64,000 bases of DNA from Methanotrichaceae archaeon (GTDB taxonomy: Archaea; Halobacteriota; Methanosarcinia; Methanotrichales; Methanotrichaceae): NCBI GenBank assembly GCA_963813075.1, contig CAWEXU010000030.1:256001-320000 (forward strand), given 5' to 3'. Shown in pieces: positions 10,341 through 21,508 of the stretch. A program made the position numbers and the translations under genes. Below the pieces are notes generated by a model. It was not told the origin of the DNA, searched no databases, and saw nothing but the letters and a program-made list of their open reading frames with translations. Within the stretch, counting starts at the first letter, position 1. Every line of letters begins with the position of its first letter.

Positions 10341-11327
10341 ATGCCCGAGATAAGACGGCACTATTTTCTGGAAGAGTACTGCATCGTCGCCGCCGAGCGC
10401 AACAAAAGGCCGTCGGATTTCCTGGTGGCCAAAGCGGTCCCAGGAGACGAGAAGGACTGCCCCTTCTGCCCCGGCCACGAGGAGCGAACTCCGCCGACCA
10501 TCGCCGCCTATACTGACGACGGTATCCTGATCCAGGATAAGGCAGAGATTGGTGCCCTGGCAGATCAGGGTCTTTCTCAATGCCTATCCCACCATGGTCC
10601 CCCAGCCCGAGCCACCGGCAGCCGAATGGATATCCCTGCCCGGCCAGGGCTATCACGAGGTGATTGTGGATTCGAGAGAGCACCACCAGAATCCGAATGA
10701 TTTCGGCAGAAGGCATCTGGAAGCGCTCATCGGGGTCTACACCGATCGCTACCGATACTATCGCGATCATGAGGATGTGAAATATGTCACCATCTTCAAA
10801 AACTGGGGTAAGGAGTCGGGGGCCTCATTGTCTCACAGCCATTCTCAGCTCATCACCCTTCCATTTCTCCCCCCGCATATGAAAAGGGAGGAAGAGGCCA
10901 TATCCAGGTCTTCCTTCTGTCCTTACTGCAATATAGTGGACCGGGAGAGGGCATCATGCCGCCTCATCGACGAGAACGATCACTGGATACTATTTGCACC
11001 CTTCTATTCTCTGATGCCCTATGAGACCTGGATTCTTCCCAAGAGGCATGTGGCAAACCTGGCAGAGATGAGAGATGAGGAGCAAAAGAGTCTGGCCAGC
11101 ATGCTGGCGGAACTTCTGCGGATACTCGATTCCACCCTGGACGATCCGCCCTTACAATCTGATGTTCTTCCAGCTTCCAAAAGAGTATCACTTCAACATC
11201 AGGATCCAGCCCATAGTCTCCAGGATCGCGGGCTTTGAGAGGAGCTCCGGCATATTATGTGAATCCCGTTCCCCCGGAGACGGCAGCAGCAGAATTGAGA
11301 AATTTTTGCACCTCGCCGAAAGGTTAA
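10341..11327 (+). CDS. galT: GalT-family nucleotidyltransferase (HIT superfamily), three apparent frameshifts
   Basis: ERNKRP, CPFCPGHE.RTP, G.HEVIVDS, FKNWG..GASLSHSHSQ, CPYC, IAGFE..SG, NPVPPE across successive frames. Confidence 0.85.
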
Positions 11328-11494
11328 TCAATTATCGGACCAGAAGAGCTTTAAACCTATTATTTCGCCTGAATACTTTTGGGAAATCAGGCAAAAGAAA
11401 GGTACAGCACCAAAAAAATGATCATACTGATAATAATCTAAGGGCAGACGCCTGGCATTATGCTCCGGATGCCTTAGGGATGAATGGTGAATAA

Positions 11495-12658
11495 ATGCGA
11501 ATTGGAATGCTCTCCTGGGAGAGCTTATACTCAATAAAAGTAGGTGGCGTTGCCCCCCATGTCTCAGAGCTATCGGAGGCTCTGGCCAGAAGGGGTCATG
11601 AGGTTCATGTTTTTACCCGCAGAGGTGACTTTGAGTCTTATGACAAGATAAACGGGGTGCACTACCAGCGGGCAGATGTCGATGAACATGGGGATATCCT
11701 CGACCAGATGAACCGGATGTGCGATGCGCTTTACCATCGTTTCGGGGCAGTGCAGCAGCTCTTCGGCAACTTCGATGTGGTGCACGGCCATGACTGGCAT
11801 CCTGTCCTCGCCCTGACACGGATAAAGAACGACTATCATCTGCCCTTCATCCTGACCATGCACAGCACTGAATGGGGGAGGAACGGGAATCACTTTGGAT
11901 ACGGCATATCGGAAGAGATTTCCCATCGAGAGTGGCTGGGCTGCTATGAAGCGGCGAAGGTGATTGTGACCACCAAAAGGATGCAGGACGAGCTGATGCA
12001 GATATACAGCCTGCCTATAGAGAAGCTCCCCATCATTCCGAACGGCATAATAGTGGGAAAGATGAGAAGGGGAGTGGATGCCGGCCGGATCAAGGAGAAG
12101 TACGGCATTCATCCCCTGGCACCGGTGGTGCTATTCTGCGGCAGGATGAGCATCCAGAAGGGTCCGGACCTCCTGGTGCAGGCTATCCCTGAGGTGTTGA
12201 GAAATAGGCCTGATGTCTGCTTCCTCTTCATCGGCGAGGGGGGCATGAGAGCGGAATGCGAGCAAAAGGCTCGCGATCTGGGCGTCGCCGGTTCCTGTCG
12301 GTTCCTGGGATACACCTCCAGCGCGGATAAGCAGATGCTGATCAATGCCTGCGATATGATGTGCGTTCCCTCTCGCAATGAGCCCTTTGGAGTGGTGGTC
12401 CTGGAGGCATGGGATGCCTGCAAGCCGGTGGTGGCCACAGATGCGGTGAGCATCGTCAACAACTTTCAGGATGGTCTTCTGGCTTATGTCCAGCCCGAGT
12501 CCATTGCCTGGTGCATAAACCGGATGATCAGCAATCCGAAGGAGATGAAACACCTGGCGCGGGCGGGCTGGGCCAGGATCGATAGCGAGTTTTCCTGGGA
12601 TCACATCGCTGAGAGTACAGAAGAGGTCTACGAGCAGGCAATTGAGCAAAGCCATTGA
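11495..12658 (+). CDS. GT4 glycosyltransferase (Glyco_transf_4/5 type)
   Basis: SWESL.SIKVGG, HGHDWH, HSTEWGRNG, PSRNEPFGVVVLEAW. Confidence 0.92.
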   Translation: MRIGMLSWESLYSIKVGGVAPHVSELSEALARRGHEVHVFTRRGDFESYDKINGVHYQRADVDEHGDILDQMNRMCDALYHRFGAVQQLFGNFDVVHGHDWHPVLALTRIKNDYHLPFILTMHSTEWGRNGNHFGYGISEEISHREWLGCYEAAKVIVTTKRMQDELMQIYSLPIEKLPIIPNGIIVGKMRRGVDAGRIKEKYGIHPLAPVVLFCGRMSIQKGPDLLVQAIPEVLRNRPDVCFLFIGEGGMRAECEQKARDLGVAGSCRFLGYTSSADKQMLINACDMMCVPSRNEPFGVVVLEAWDACKPVVATDAVSIVNNFQDGLLAYVQPESIAWCINRMISNPKEMKHLARAGWARIDSEFSWDHIAESTEEVYEQAIEQSH

Positions 12659-12779
12659 GCAGAGCCGTCAAGGAGCCTGGTTTGCCCCCACCACCTCTTT
12701 GTGGAAAACTTTTTACCAGCTCCTCACCCCCTCTCTAGACCGAAAGGTTCATGAAGGGCGAGGGCAAGGGGCTCTTAGC

Positions 12780-12853
12780 GCCTCGATAGCTTAGCCCGGT
12801 ATAGCGCGTCCTTGGTAAGGACGAGGTCGCGGGTTCGAATCCCGTCCGAGGCT
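12780..12853 (+). tRNA. tRNA-Thr(GGT)
   Basis: Cloverleaf GCCTCGA..., anticodon stem CGTCC/GGACG with loop TTGGTAA, T-loop TTCGAAT; no encoded CCA. Confidence 0.95.
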
Positions 12854-13132
12854 TAATTTCTTTTTTCATCTATTCCAGGGATCGGAGGAGACGTCATCAT
12901 CTGTCTTCTCCTCCTGGTGGATTCGGCGGTTAAGAAATCTCCGGGCAAGCAAAGTGAAGGCCATCAGGCCGATGACCAACTTTAGGAGGCCTTTTATCAT
13001 GATTATATCACCTGATAATAGTATTGGCCCTTGAAACTATAAAAATGCCTGGGTCTATATCCTATGCAAAAATATCCTCACCCAAAACTATTTCTCATCG
13101 CCGGGCATATTCCGGCCTCAGGTGGCATCATC

Positions 13133-13549
13133 ATGAAGATAGGAGCTATTCAGTTCTTGACGCTGTTATGTTTTATGGCCGTCTTGATGAATTGCAGCAC
13201 TGGAACATCGTTCGCGACGTCGGGCTTTGATATGAAGGGCACTATCACCCACGTCCTATCGCCAGCGAGCATTGTTGTGGGGAACGTCACTGTAAATCTG
13301 GATGGAATTAATTCCTCCGGGCTTTCGAGTTCTGCATACTTCCGTTTTATGGAGGACCTTAAGAGTTACTACATCGGAAAGGACGTTCTGGTGAAAGGAA
13401 ATTACGCATACTTTGATCTGCATGGATCATATAATTCAGAGAGCATAAACGAGATGATCCAAAGACAGATATCCGACCTGGAGGCGGCGGAAAGATACAG
13501 GATGCCTTATAACTACAGTCTTATCTCCACTCTTTACCGGAATAACTGA
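13133..13549 (+). CDS. Secreted hypothetical protein, degenerate thermonuclease (SNase)-like
   Basis: Signal peptide MKIGAIQFLTLLCF; TITHVLSPASIVV..VNLDGINS, LK.Y.IGKDV, YAY...SINEMI follow SNase pattern without catalytic residues. Confidence 0.5.
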   Translation: MKIGAIQFLTLLCFMAVLMNCSTGTSFATSGFDMKGTITHVLSPASIVVGNVTVNLDGINSSGLSSSAYFRFMEDLKSYYIGKDVLVKGNYAYFDLHGSYNSESINEMIQRQISDLEAAERYRMPYNYSLISTLYRNN

Positions 13550-13674
13550 TTAGGCAGTTAATGATCGGGCTCAAGGCCAGAGGAAATCCACCCTTCTAGG
13601 GATAGCGAATGCTGGCTGAAGGACGGTCAGGAAAAAAGTATAAAGAGGGGCTATAGCCCACCGGAGAGCCTGCT

Positions 13675-14455
13675 CTAAGAGGAGAAATCCATTACATTCT
13701 CCGGGGCATCTACTTTCAAGTCCGCCGTTTCCGGGGCAGCCATTTCATTCAAATTCTGCTGATAGAAAATATTGGAGGGGTCGAGCTCGGCCGCCCTTTT
13801 GAAGCTATCGAGTGCCTCCACATTTCTATTCAGCTTCCTTAAGACCAGCCCCATATCGTTCCATGCCTCTGCATTCCCGGAGTCAAGCTCAATTGCCTTT
13901 TCCAGAGAGGCTCTGGATTCATTGTAGCTCTCGGTCAGCATGAGAACATGACCCAGGCGGTACCAGGCCCGACCCAGGTCCTCATCCAGATCAGTCGCCC
14001 TGCTATAGGCCTCAAGGGACTGGTTATATCTTCCGATTTTCTCGAGGATCATTCCCTTATTGTACCAGGTGTTGGCATTCAATGAGTCGATCTGCAGGGC
14101 GGTTTCCAGGGAAGCCAGTGCATCTTCATCCTGGTTTTTCGCTCCGGATAGGATGAGAGCGCGATCATTATAGGCCTGTGCATTGGAAGGGTCCAGGGCG
14201 ATGACCATATCAAAGCTTTCCAAGCGCCTCCTCGTATCTCTGCATCTTTATGAGGAGGTTGGCCCTGAAGTTCCAGCCCCAGGTGTCGCTCTGATTGATA
14301 TTCAGATATTGATCGATATCATCCAGGGCAAGGGAGTACGAGCCGTTGGAGTAATCGCTTTTCGTCTGGGCGATCCAGTATTCAGCATCCTGGCTCATGG
14401 CAACCGGGATGGCCAGCATCAGAATGGCAAGGAGAAGTGGAGCTATGGGCTTCAT
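13675..14455 (-). CDS. Secreted TPR-repeat protein, frameshifted near 14220
   Basis: Signal peptide plus repeated W.NKG..L...GRY..SL.AY..A..LDP TPR units. Confidence 0.85.
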
Positions 14456-14499
14456 GCTTCCAAATGTATTCGAATAAGTGGATATAGCTTGCGGTCGAC

Positions 14500-15530
14500 A
14501 ATGCGATCTATATCATGTACCGGATTCTCGAGTGAGGCATGAGGCCTTGTCATGGGATTGTATGGAATTGTTTTGCATTGTCAAGATAAATCCACAGGCA
14601 TTTGGCTGCTCCACTCCAGAGCTTCGTCGCCGCTTACCAGCCATCAAAGCCCAGACCTCTGGCCACTGGCGAAGGCATCTTTGCCTCAGATTTCGCGACC
14701 GATTTTTTGAAGAGCAAGCCCTTTGCGGTTCCAGGCATGTGAATCTTGAGGATTTATCTCGATGGCGTGATTGAACGCTGCAATCGCTTCATCATACCTG
14801 CCCATTCTGGTAGAGTGCTGTGCCCTTATTGACCCAGGCACAGAAAAATTTTGGATCAATTAACCAGGGCCTTATCATAGACTTTCAATGCATCAGCATG
14901 CCTTTCGAGGAGGAACAAATCCATTCCTTCACTATTCCATTCATTCCGGGCAAGTTTAAGGCTCTCATCTGCCTCTGTCGATGGCGACCAAGCATCCTGA
15001 GGGCCAGGCCTTTGCCGTGCAATACATCAGCATCTTCGGTTTGACTCTCGATCGCCTGATCATAAGCGTAAATGGCTTCATCGTATCTTCCCGGCATGCA
15101 AAGAGCGACAGGCCTTTTTGATGCCAGGCATCGTTTATGCCATTCGCTAGTCTCTGTGAATTTTTTGAAGTCCATCATGGCTTTATAGCATATCTGGGTA
15201 GCTTTTTATAAGCCACTGCGGCTTTATCGTTTATCTGGGTGTCTTTTCATAAGCCATAGTGGCTTTATCGTAAGCTGCAATGGCTTCATAATATTCATTT
15301 TTGGCATGCAGAGCCATTCCTTTGAGATACCAGGCATCGAGCAATTTGCGGATCAAAGCTTAGGCCCTATCAGCTGCTGCCATAGCTTGCATATTCAGCG
15401 CTTTGAGCCCGATGTCTTTATCATCCAGAGACCGGTTGATGCGGGTTTAGCTTGATAGCCCTATCGAAAGCTGTGATGAGATTCGTCCAATGCGGGATTC
15501 TGAATAAGCACTTATTCCATTGATTGTGCC
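14500..15530 (-). pseudogene. Decayed TPR-repeat gene remnants
   Basis: Fragments such as GRYDEAIYAYDQAIE, DEAIAAFNHAIEINPQDSHAWNRKGLAL, YEAIAAYDKA in different frames with many stops; bounds approximate. Confidence 0.65.
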
Positions 15531-16022
15531 ATTTCGTTTATACTCCTCTAATTCCGTGAATCTTTATCTATTTATAAAATATAAATAAAAATAAAATAAC
15601 ATCGATAAGAATCAGAAATCCTACGGATCAGAGAATTAATATATCTCCAGAGGTTATCGGAATTAATAAAGCGCTGCAAAGGATCAGGAATAACAGAATA
15701 AGCACTAATTCAACGACAGCTCGTTTCTGCACGTCAATGGCGCAATCAATATGATTGCATGTCTGGCAGAGCTCGGGTTCTTTTTTCCATTTCAGCCCAC
15801 AGTCGGTAACATATCTACAGGTCCAGAATCCCCGCCACCTACAGCACGATAAGTCCTGTATATCCTGGTCTTCCCGTCTGCCGAATAAAGCTTGACTACC
15901 ATAGCCGCTCCTGTTTATAAGAGTCCAAAGATCCTAATATATTTAATGCATTGGGAGATCAATGAGCGACAAGCGACACAGACTCTGGCCGAAAAAGTCT
16001 AAATATAAAATTGAAGGCCGGC

Positions 16023-16820
16023 TCAGAGGGTGACCTTCTCCGCCTCATCCGGGGTGTAGCCCTCGTGGACGACCTTGCACAGCCTTCTCACCAGGAGGAC
16101 AGGGTCCTCTGCCTGGAAGACATTGCGGCCGAAGGCCACTCCTGCTCCGCCCACCTGCACCGCATCGTAGACCATCTGCAACAGGTCCCTTTCGGTGTCC
16201 ATCCTCGGTCCGCCGGCGATGACCACAGGCACGCTGCAGCCTCTTACCACCTCCTGGAAGGTGTCGGGCGAGCCGGTGTAGTTCGTCTTGACTATATCCG
16301 CCCCCAGCTCCGAGCCTATCCGGGCAGCGAGCTTCACATGCTGCACATCATGCTCGGACTTCACCTTCGGCCCGCGAGGATACATCATGGCGATCAGAGG
16401 TATGCCCCATCGATCGCAGCTTCGTGCCACCTTCCCCAGGTCGTGCAGCATCTCCGCCTCATCCTCGGCGCCGACATTGACGTGGATGCTCACGGCATCC
16501 GCACCCACTCTGATGGCGTCCTCGACCTCCGTCACCAATACCTTGTGATTTGGGTCCGGGCCCAGAGAGCTTGATGCTGAGAGGTGGATGATCAATCCCA
16601 CATCCCTTCCATATCCCCGGTGGCCGTGCAAAGGCAGTCCCATATGTCCCAGGACGGCGTTAGCCCCGCCTTCTGCCACCTTGTCCACCGTAGCCGGCAT
16701 ATCTATCAATCCGGCTATTGGTCCCACGGAGATTCCGTGGTCCATGGGAATGATGACTGTCCTATGCGTCTTGCGATCCAGGATGCGCTCCAGCCGGATC
16801 GCCTTTCCGATCTTGCTCAT
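16023..16820 (-). CDS. 2-amino-3,7-dideoxy-D-threo-hept-6-ulosonate synthase / class I (DhnA-type) aldolase
   Basis: [42 protein letters not shown]. Confidence 0.88.
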   Translation of the reverse strand: MSKIGKAIRLERILDRKTHRTVIIPMDHGISVGPIAGLIDMPATVDKVAEGGANAVLGHMGLPLHGHRGYGRDVGLIIHLSASSSLGPDPNHKVLVTEVEDAIRVGADAVSIHVNVGAEDEAEMLHDLGKVARSCDRWGIPLIAMMYPRGPKVKSEHDVQHVKLAARIGSELGADIVKTNYTGSPDTFQEVVRGCSVPVVIAGGPRMDTERDLLQMVYDAVQVGGAGVAFGRNVFQAEDPVLLVRRLCKVVHEGYTPDEAEKVTL

Positions 16821-16991
16821 GTGTTGAGGGACGTTTATTCTGAAATTAAAGATGATGGTCGGGACAGCAGACGGGATTCGAAATTATATAATCTGTGCGC
16901 CTAAAATAGGCAGAATTCGGGCTGGCGGAAGGGGATTATCAGAGTGCTTATGCTTATATATCTTTAGCTGTTCCAATAAATGGGGATTAAT

Positions 16992-17688
16992 ATGAAGTGG
17001 TCGGTTATCTTACTCAGTATTATGATCTGGGCCGCGCTCTTTTCCGCAGCGCAGGCAGAGACATACACCCTGACGGTCGAGGGCGAGGGGACACAGACCG
17101 TTCCTGCTGATATCGTCACCATCTCCGTCTCGGTGGCGAGCAGCGATGAAAATATGACCGTCGCCCAATCCGAGGTCGAAGAGAGAGATGGACCGGGTGA
17201 TAGTTGCCCTGAAGAAGGCAGGGATCAAGGATGAGGAAATCGTTCCCGGTCAGGGAAGCGGCATATCCAGCTTCCAGTCATCAAGCAAAGTCTGCAAGAC
17301 GGTGAATAACACCACTGTATGCGAGAATACCACCCAGAGCGCATCCACTCTGCAAAGGTCTGCCCTCATCCGCCTGCAGGCCAAGGACGAGTCCAGGATA
17401 AATAAGGCGCTGGATGCTGCCCGGTCTGAGGGGGCCAACGCTATTGTGATGGGATACAGCCTGAAGGACTCAAGCGCTGCCCTGACCGAGGCCCAAAAGA
17501 AAGCTCTGGCCAATGCCAGGGATAACGCAGAGGCATTGGCAGCAGAGGCGGGAGGAAGCCTGGGAAAGGCGCTGGACATCTTCACCTATCCCAATCTGGG
17601 CATAGATTATTCCTTTGCCGATTCTGGCGATGGCAGGATGATAGATATAAGCTCCCGGGTGATAGTAACCTATGAGTTTATTGTGTAA
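16992..17688 (+). CDS. SIMPL (DUF541) domain secreted protein, frameshifted near 17190
   Basis: Signal peptide, LTVEGEG...PAD, ALANARDNAEALA...LG pattern. Confidence 0.82.
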
Positions 17689-17757
17689 GCATCGATCACA
17701 TTGCATCTAGGAAATCTATAAGAGACTTCAATGCTATCAGATAAGTGGGGTTAGTAT

Positions 17758-18460
17758 ATGAAAAAGATAGGTATTGTTTTAATGGGGATGCTGCTGATAT
17801 CATTGGCCATACCTCCTGTGGCGGCTGATGACGAGAGCAATATCTCCAAGCTGAGAGTAGATGGCGAGGGCAAGGTTACCGCCGCTCCGGATATGGCCAC
17901 GATCGTTCTGGGCGTGGAGAGCAGGAGCACAAAGGCTGCAGAAGCTGTGGAAGAGAATGCAAGACTGATGAACCAGACCATCAATGCTCTGCTGGAAGCG
18001 GGCATAATTGAGAGCCAGATGCAGACCAGCAGGTTCAGTCTGACCACCATGCCCCAGGATGAGCCCCTGACCGCTAAAGCCGAGCAGGAGCCACCGGTCT
18101 TCCTGGCCACCAACCAGGTCACAGTGAAGCTGGACGACACCGAGGGCGTGGGCCGGGTATTGGATGCCGCAGTGGGAGCGGGGTCAAACAGCATCCAGGA
18201 GGTCAGGTTCGACCTCAAGGATCCAACACCTCAGAACGATGAGGCCATGACTATTAGCCATCAAGGATGCCCAGAGGAAGGCTCAGGTTGCCGCCAGTGC
18301 TGCTGGACTGGAGCTGGGCAGGATCCTGGAGATGACTGTCGGCTACGGATATGTAGTGGAGGCATCAAGGAGCTATTCGTATGCAATGGCCGCCACCCCC
18401 ATCCAGCCAGGAGAGATGGAAGTGACTGCCAGCGTGAATCTGGTCTACGAGATCTCTTGA
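17758..18460 (+). CDS. SIMPL (DUF541) domain secreted protein, frameshifted near 18255
   Basis: VDGEGKVTAAPDMA.I.LGVE; shifted frame ends TPIQPGEMEVTASVNLVYEIS*. Confidence 0.88.
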
Positions 18461-18476
18461 GATTGTAAACCTCAGG

Positions 18477-18500
18477 AGGCCTCATGCCTCTACTTTTTAT
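18477..18500 (+). terminator. Hairpin plus T-tract after SIMPL genes
   Basis: GAGGC-CTCAT-GCCTC followed by TACTTTTT. Confidence 0.4.
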
Positions 18501-18537
18501 CTAGATTTTTTTATTTTATATCCTGTCGTTCACTAAA

Positions 18538-19047
18538 TCAGATATACATCGGCTCAGGCGGCTTTGAGGTCTTTGCTGGCGAGCCCTCGCCAAACATCTC
18601 CTGGAACTTCCAGACCACATAAAGCTCGCACTTCAAGTTCTCTCTTATCGCCTCCATAAGCCGGTCCTTGGTCAGGCCGTCGTAGTAGATCTCGCGGGTG
18701 AAACGAATGCTCCGCATATCCGCTCCCGCCGGCTCTATCTCGAAGCTGGACTGGCGGAACAGCAGGTCATAGCGCATCTGCCACATGAGCCTCTCCTTTT
18801 GCTGGGGCGGGAGGGCCTGGATGGCCTTTTGGTGAACCTCGGCCAGCATTATCCGGCTGAAGAGCACAATCATATCCTCGCGGCCCTGGGGCTGAATGAT
18901 GCTCAGGTGTCTGCCGGACCGGGCGGGGTATTCGGCTGCGATCTGAAAATAAAGGCCCTCGCCTTCCAGCTCCTCTTTGAATAGATTTTCCTGCACGAGC
19001 CAGGTCTTGATTTTATCTCGAACATCGGCTGCATTTGGGGTGATCAT
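18538..19047 (-). CDS. DUF2299-family archaeal protein
   Basis: IKTWLVQE...YP..HLSIIQP..RED...EIYYDGLTKDRLM pattern. Confidence 0.7.
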   Translation of the reverse strand: MITPNAADVRDKIKTWLVQENLFKEELEGEGLYFQIAAEYPARSGRHLSIIQPQGREDMIVLFSRIMLAEVHQKAIQALPPQQKERLMWQMRYDLLFRQSSFEIEPAGADMRSIRFTREIYYDGLTKDRLMEAIRENLKCELYVVWKFQEMFGEGSPAKTSKPPEPMYI

Positions 19048-19094
19048 TGCCAGCTCTCAACTCCTAAGAAAAAAAAGATAAAAATGCCGTCCAA

Positions 19095-19985
19095 TTACTC
19101 CAGCACACGATGCAGCTGGAAATGATGGATTCCCAGCTTCCCATCATAGTTGGCGGCAGTTATCTTCAGAATGCCGGGCACTTGACAGGCGGCATGAATT
19201 CCCGCCCGCATGGCATTCTCTATGGCCTCCCGGTCAACGCCATTGATCACTATCTCAAAGACGCAGGAGACATCCTCAGCCAGAGTGCAGACGCCGTCCT
19301 CCCGGAGAGAGGTGCAGAAGGCGGAGTTGGTAGAGGCCTTCAGGAACTTGTATTTTGAGCCCACCTTCGATCCGCTGGAGACAACTCCTCCCGGGAAGGG
19401 GGTGATAGCGCCTTCGACCTTGCGAATGGAGTCTATCGCCGCCTCGGCTGCCGTCAGGCCGGACATCTGGTTCTGGCCCATGATCAGGAAGTTGCCCCCG
19501 GCAATTCCTTCCTTCGCTCCAAAGCTGTTCTCGATGGCAAAGTCCCCGGACATGAGAGGTATCTTCCAGATATTCCGGCCAAACATCTCCTCTGCCTTCT
19601 GGTAGCCATCGCCAAAGAAGCTCAATTTTTTGCCGGTATCAAACTGCGTTTCTGCATCATGCATACCGCTGTAAGCCGCGGCTGTGGGAGCGGTGAGCAC
19701 GCACTGGCCCAGCCTCATGAGCAAGGAATTCTCCAGGTTTTTGTAGCCCATATTGCATATCAGAATGTTCACTCCCGGCCGGCCGTCAACGGTCTCTCTC
19801 CCGTCCACAAAGCACTCTATCCCCGCCTCAGCAGGGCATCCAATCACCGAGGTTCCAAACCCCGTGGCTTCCCTCGCCGCTTCGGTAGCCCATCTCTCAG
19901 TCACGGCGGTGATTTGCACCCTTGCCATCTTAATGGGAAAAGCCTCAGCAAAGGTATCATCTATTTGCACACCATTGATCTCCAT
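19095..19985 (-). CDS. ftr: Formylmethanofuran--tetrahydromethanopterin N-formyltransferase
   Basis: INGV.IDDTFAEAF, TGFGTSVIGCPAEAG, GQCVLTAPT, AGGN, FPGGVV.SGSKVG. Confidence 0.97.
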   Translation of the reverse strand: MEINGVQIDDTFAEAFPIKMARVQITAVTERWATEAAREATGFGTSVIGCPAEAGIECFVDGRETVDGRPGVNILICNMGYKNLENSLLMRLGQCVLTAPTAAAYSGMHDAETQFDTGKKLSFFGDGYQKAEEMFGRNIWKIPLMSGDFAIENSFGAKEGIAGGNFLIMGQNQMSGLTAAEAAIDSIRKVEGAITPFPGGVVSSGSKVGSKYKFLKASTNSAFCTSLREDGVCTLAEDVSCVFEIVINGVDREAIENAMRAGIHAACQVPGILKITAANYDGKLGIHHFQLHRVLE

Positions 19986-20008
19986 AAGTCACACCTCAAA
20001 ACAAAAAT

Positions 20009-20617
20009 TCAAGGATTATATGCCGCGAGAATAAATCCCCCATTACCCGAAGCTGATTTAGCCACGGCAGCAGCTGCGCAGACCGGCCTCTCAAAGGAGA
20101 GATCATAGGCTTTGCGAGCGATATCGGCGGCATCTTCGCCCGAGATCGAGAGCGCCTCGAAATCGGTCTTCTCATATGTCGCCACCATTAGGGCTCTATC
20201 CTCATCCAACTGGAACTGCTTCACCCGGAGCTCGTCCTTGCTGGCGATCCCCAGCCAGGCCCGGTTCCCGCGCACAGCTCCGGCGATGCGGGGGGTGTCC
20301 AGCTCATCTCTCTCGTGGCCGAAAGCGAGAAGGCTCAGGGCCATGGCATCCCCCGGACTCTGCCCGTCCTCGATCCTCTCGGTGATCATATCGGTGTGGG
20401 TGCCATTGGAGACCACTGCCACGTCATCCATCACTCGTATGCAGTTATAGGAGATGTAAGGATTCCGTGCCAGGTCCGCAGGATCTAAAGGCAATACTGA
20501 TATCGATTTCTCATGGACCTCTGCCCTCCGGTTGGGAAAAGAGCGGGAGGAGACTCTGTAAGCCACAAAGCTCCTTCCCCGGGCACGGCCCGCGACCACG
20601 ATCCGGCCTACGTACAT
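20009..20617 (-). CDS. purO: Archaeal IMP cyclohydrolase
   Basis: MYVGR, YRVSSRSFPNR, NPYISYNC, SNGTHTD, DTPRIAG. Confidence 0.93.
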   Translation of the reverse strand: MYVGRIVVAGRARGRSFVAYRVSSRSFPNRRAEVHEKSISVLPLDPADLARNPYISYNCIRVMDDVAVVSNGTHTDMITERIEDGQSPGDAMALSLLAFGHERDELDTPRIAGAVRGNRAWLGIASKDELRVKQFQLDEDRALMVATYEKTDFEALSISGEDAADIARKAYDLSFERPVCAAAAVAKSASGNGGFILAAYNP

Positions 20618-20619
20618 GT

Positions 20620-21495
20620 TCAGTCAACCAGATTGTACCTGGCGATGTTTTTGTCTGCCAGAGCCTTGATGTATTTCAGCATATCTGCGCCACCCGGCTT
20701 CTTGAACAGGTGCTTGTAGCGGCCCTGCTGACTGAGATACTCCTCGACCGGCTTGGGCCGGCGGATCTTCTTCACTCCCACCAGCTCTCCATTGACATAC
20801 TCGGTGAGGGGCCACAGGCCTGTTTCCACGGCCAGACGAGCAAGCTCGATCATGGTTCCGGCATCGAATGTCCAGCCGGTGATGCAGGGAGCATTGACCT
20901 GAATATATGATGGTCCATTGACCTTCAGGGCCTCCTTGACCTTCCTTCTCAGGTCCACCGGATAGGCCACGGAGGCGGTAGCCACATAGGGCACACCATG
21001 AGCCAGGGCGATGCCCGGCATATCCTTCTTGGGCCGGGGATTGCCCATCGATTCCGATCCAGAGGGAGTGGTGGTGGTGTGCACGCAGAAGGGGGTAGAG
21101 CCGCTGCGCTGCACTCCGGTGTTCATGTAGGCCTCGTTGTCATAACAGACATAAAGCACCTTATGGCCGCGCTCGAACATGCCGGAGTTTGAGCCCATGC
21201 CGATATCGAATGTGCTCCCGTCTCCTCCAATCACCACAACATTGGTATCCTGACCCCGTCGCTTGAGCATGACCTCCACTCCGGAGGCTACAGCTGCGGC
21301 ATTCTCAAACAGGGAGTGAACCCAGGGAACGCACCATGCGCTCTCCGGGAAGGGGGTGGTGACAACCTCCAGGCAGCCGGTGGGCGAGACCACTATGGTG
21401 TTCGGCCCAGCAGCATCTAAGACCAGCCTGATGGTGGTGGGCATGGCGCACCCTGCACAGGCCCTGTGGCCCGGTGCCAGCAAAGATCTTTCCAT
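20620..21495 (-). CDS. porB: Pyruvate:ferredoxin oxidoreductase beta subunit
   Basis: GHRACAGC, TGCLEV, GGDG...DIG, DNEAYMNTG.QRS. Confidence 0.95.
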   Translation of the reverse strand: MERSLLAPGHRACAGCAMPTTIRLVLDAAGPNTIVVSPTGCLEVVTTPFPESAWCVPWVHSLFENAAAVASGVEVMLKRRGQDTNVVVIGGDGSTFDIGMGSNSGMFERGHKVLYVCYDNEAYMNTGVQRSGSTPFCVHTTTTPSGSESMGNPRPKKDMPGIALAHGVPYVATASVAYPVDLRRKVKEALKVNGPSYIQVNAPCITGWTFDAGTMIELARLAVETGLWPLTEYVNGELVGVKKIRRPKPVEEYLSQQGRYKHLFKKPGGADMLKYIKALADKNIARYNLVD

Positions 21496-21508
21496 TTTTC
21501 CTAGCCTC

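Noticed and set aside
12725..12779. GACC-GAAA-GGTT hairpin / K-turn-like sRNA before tRNA-Thr
   Set aside because: CCGAAA plus the following AT-rich stretch about 30 bp upstream is better explained as the tRNA BRE/TATA promoter; no ACA or C/D boxes.
16872..16882. CGGGATTCGAA as att-site copy of the tRNA-Gly 3' end
   Set aside because: Only about 11 bp match and the interval contains core housekeeping genes.
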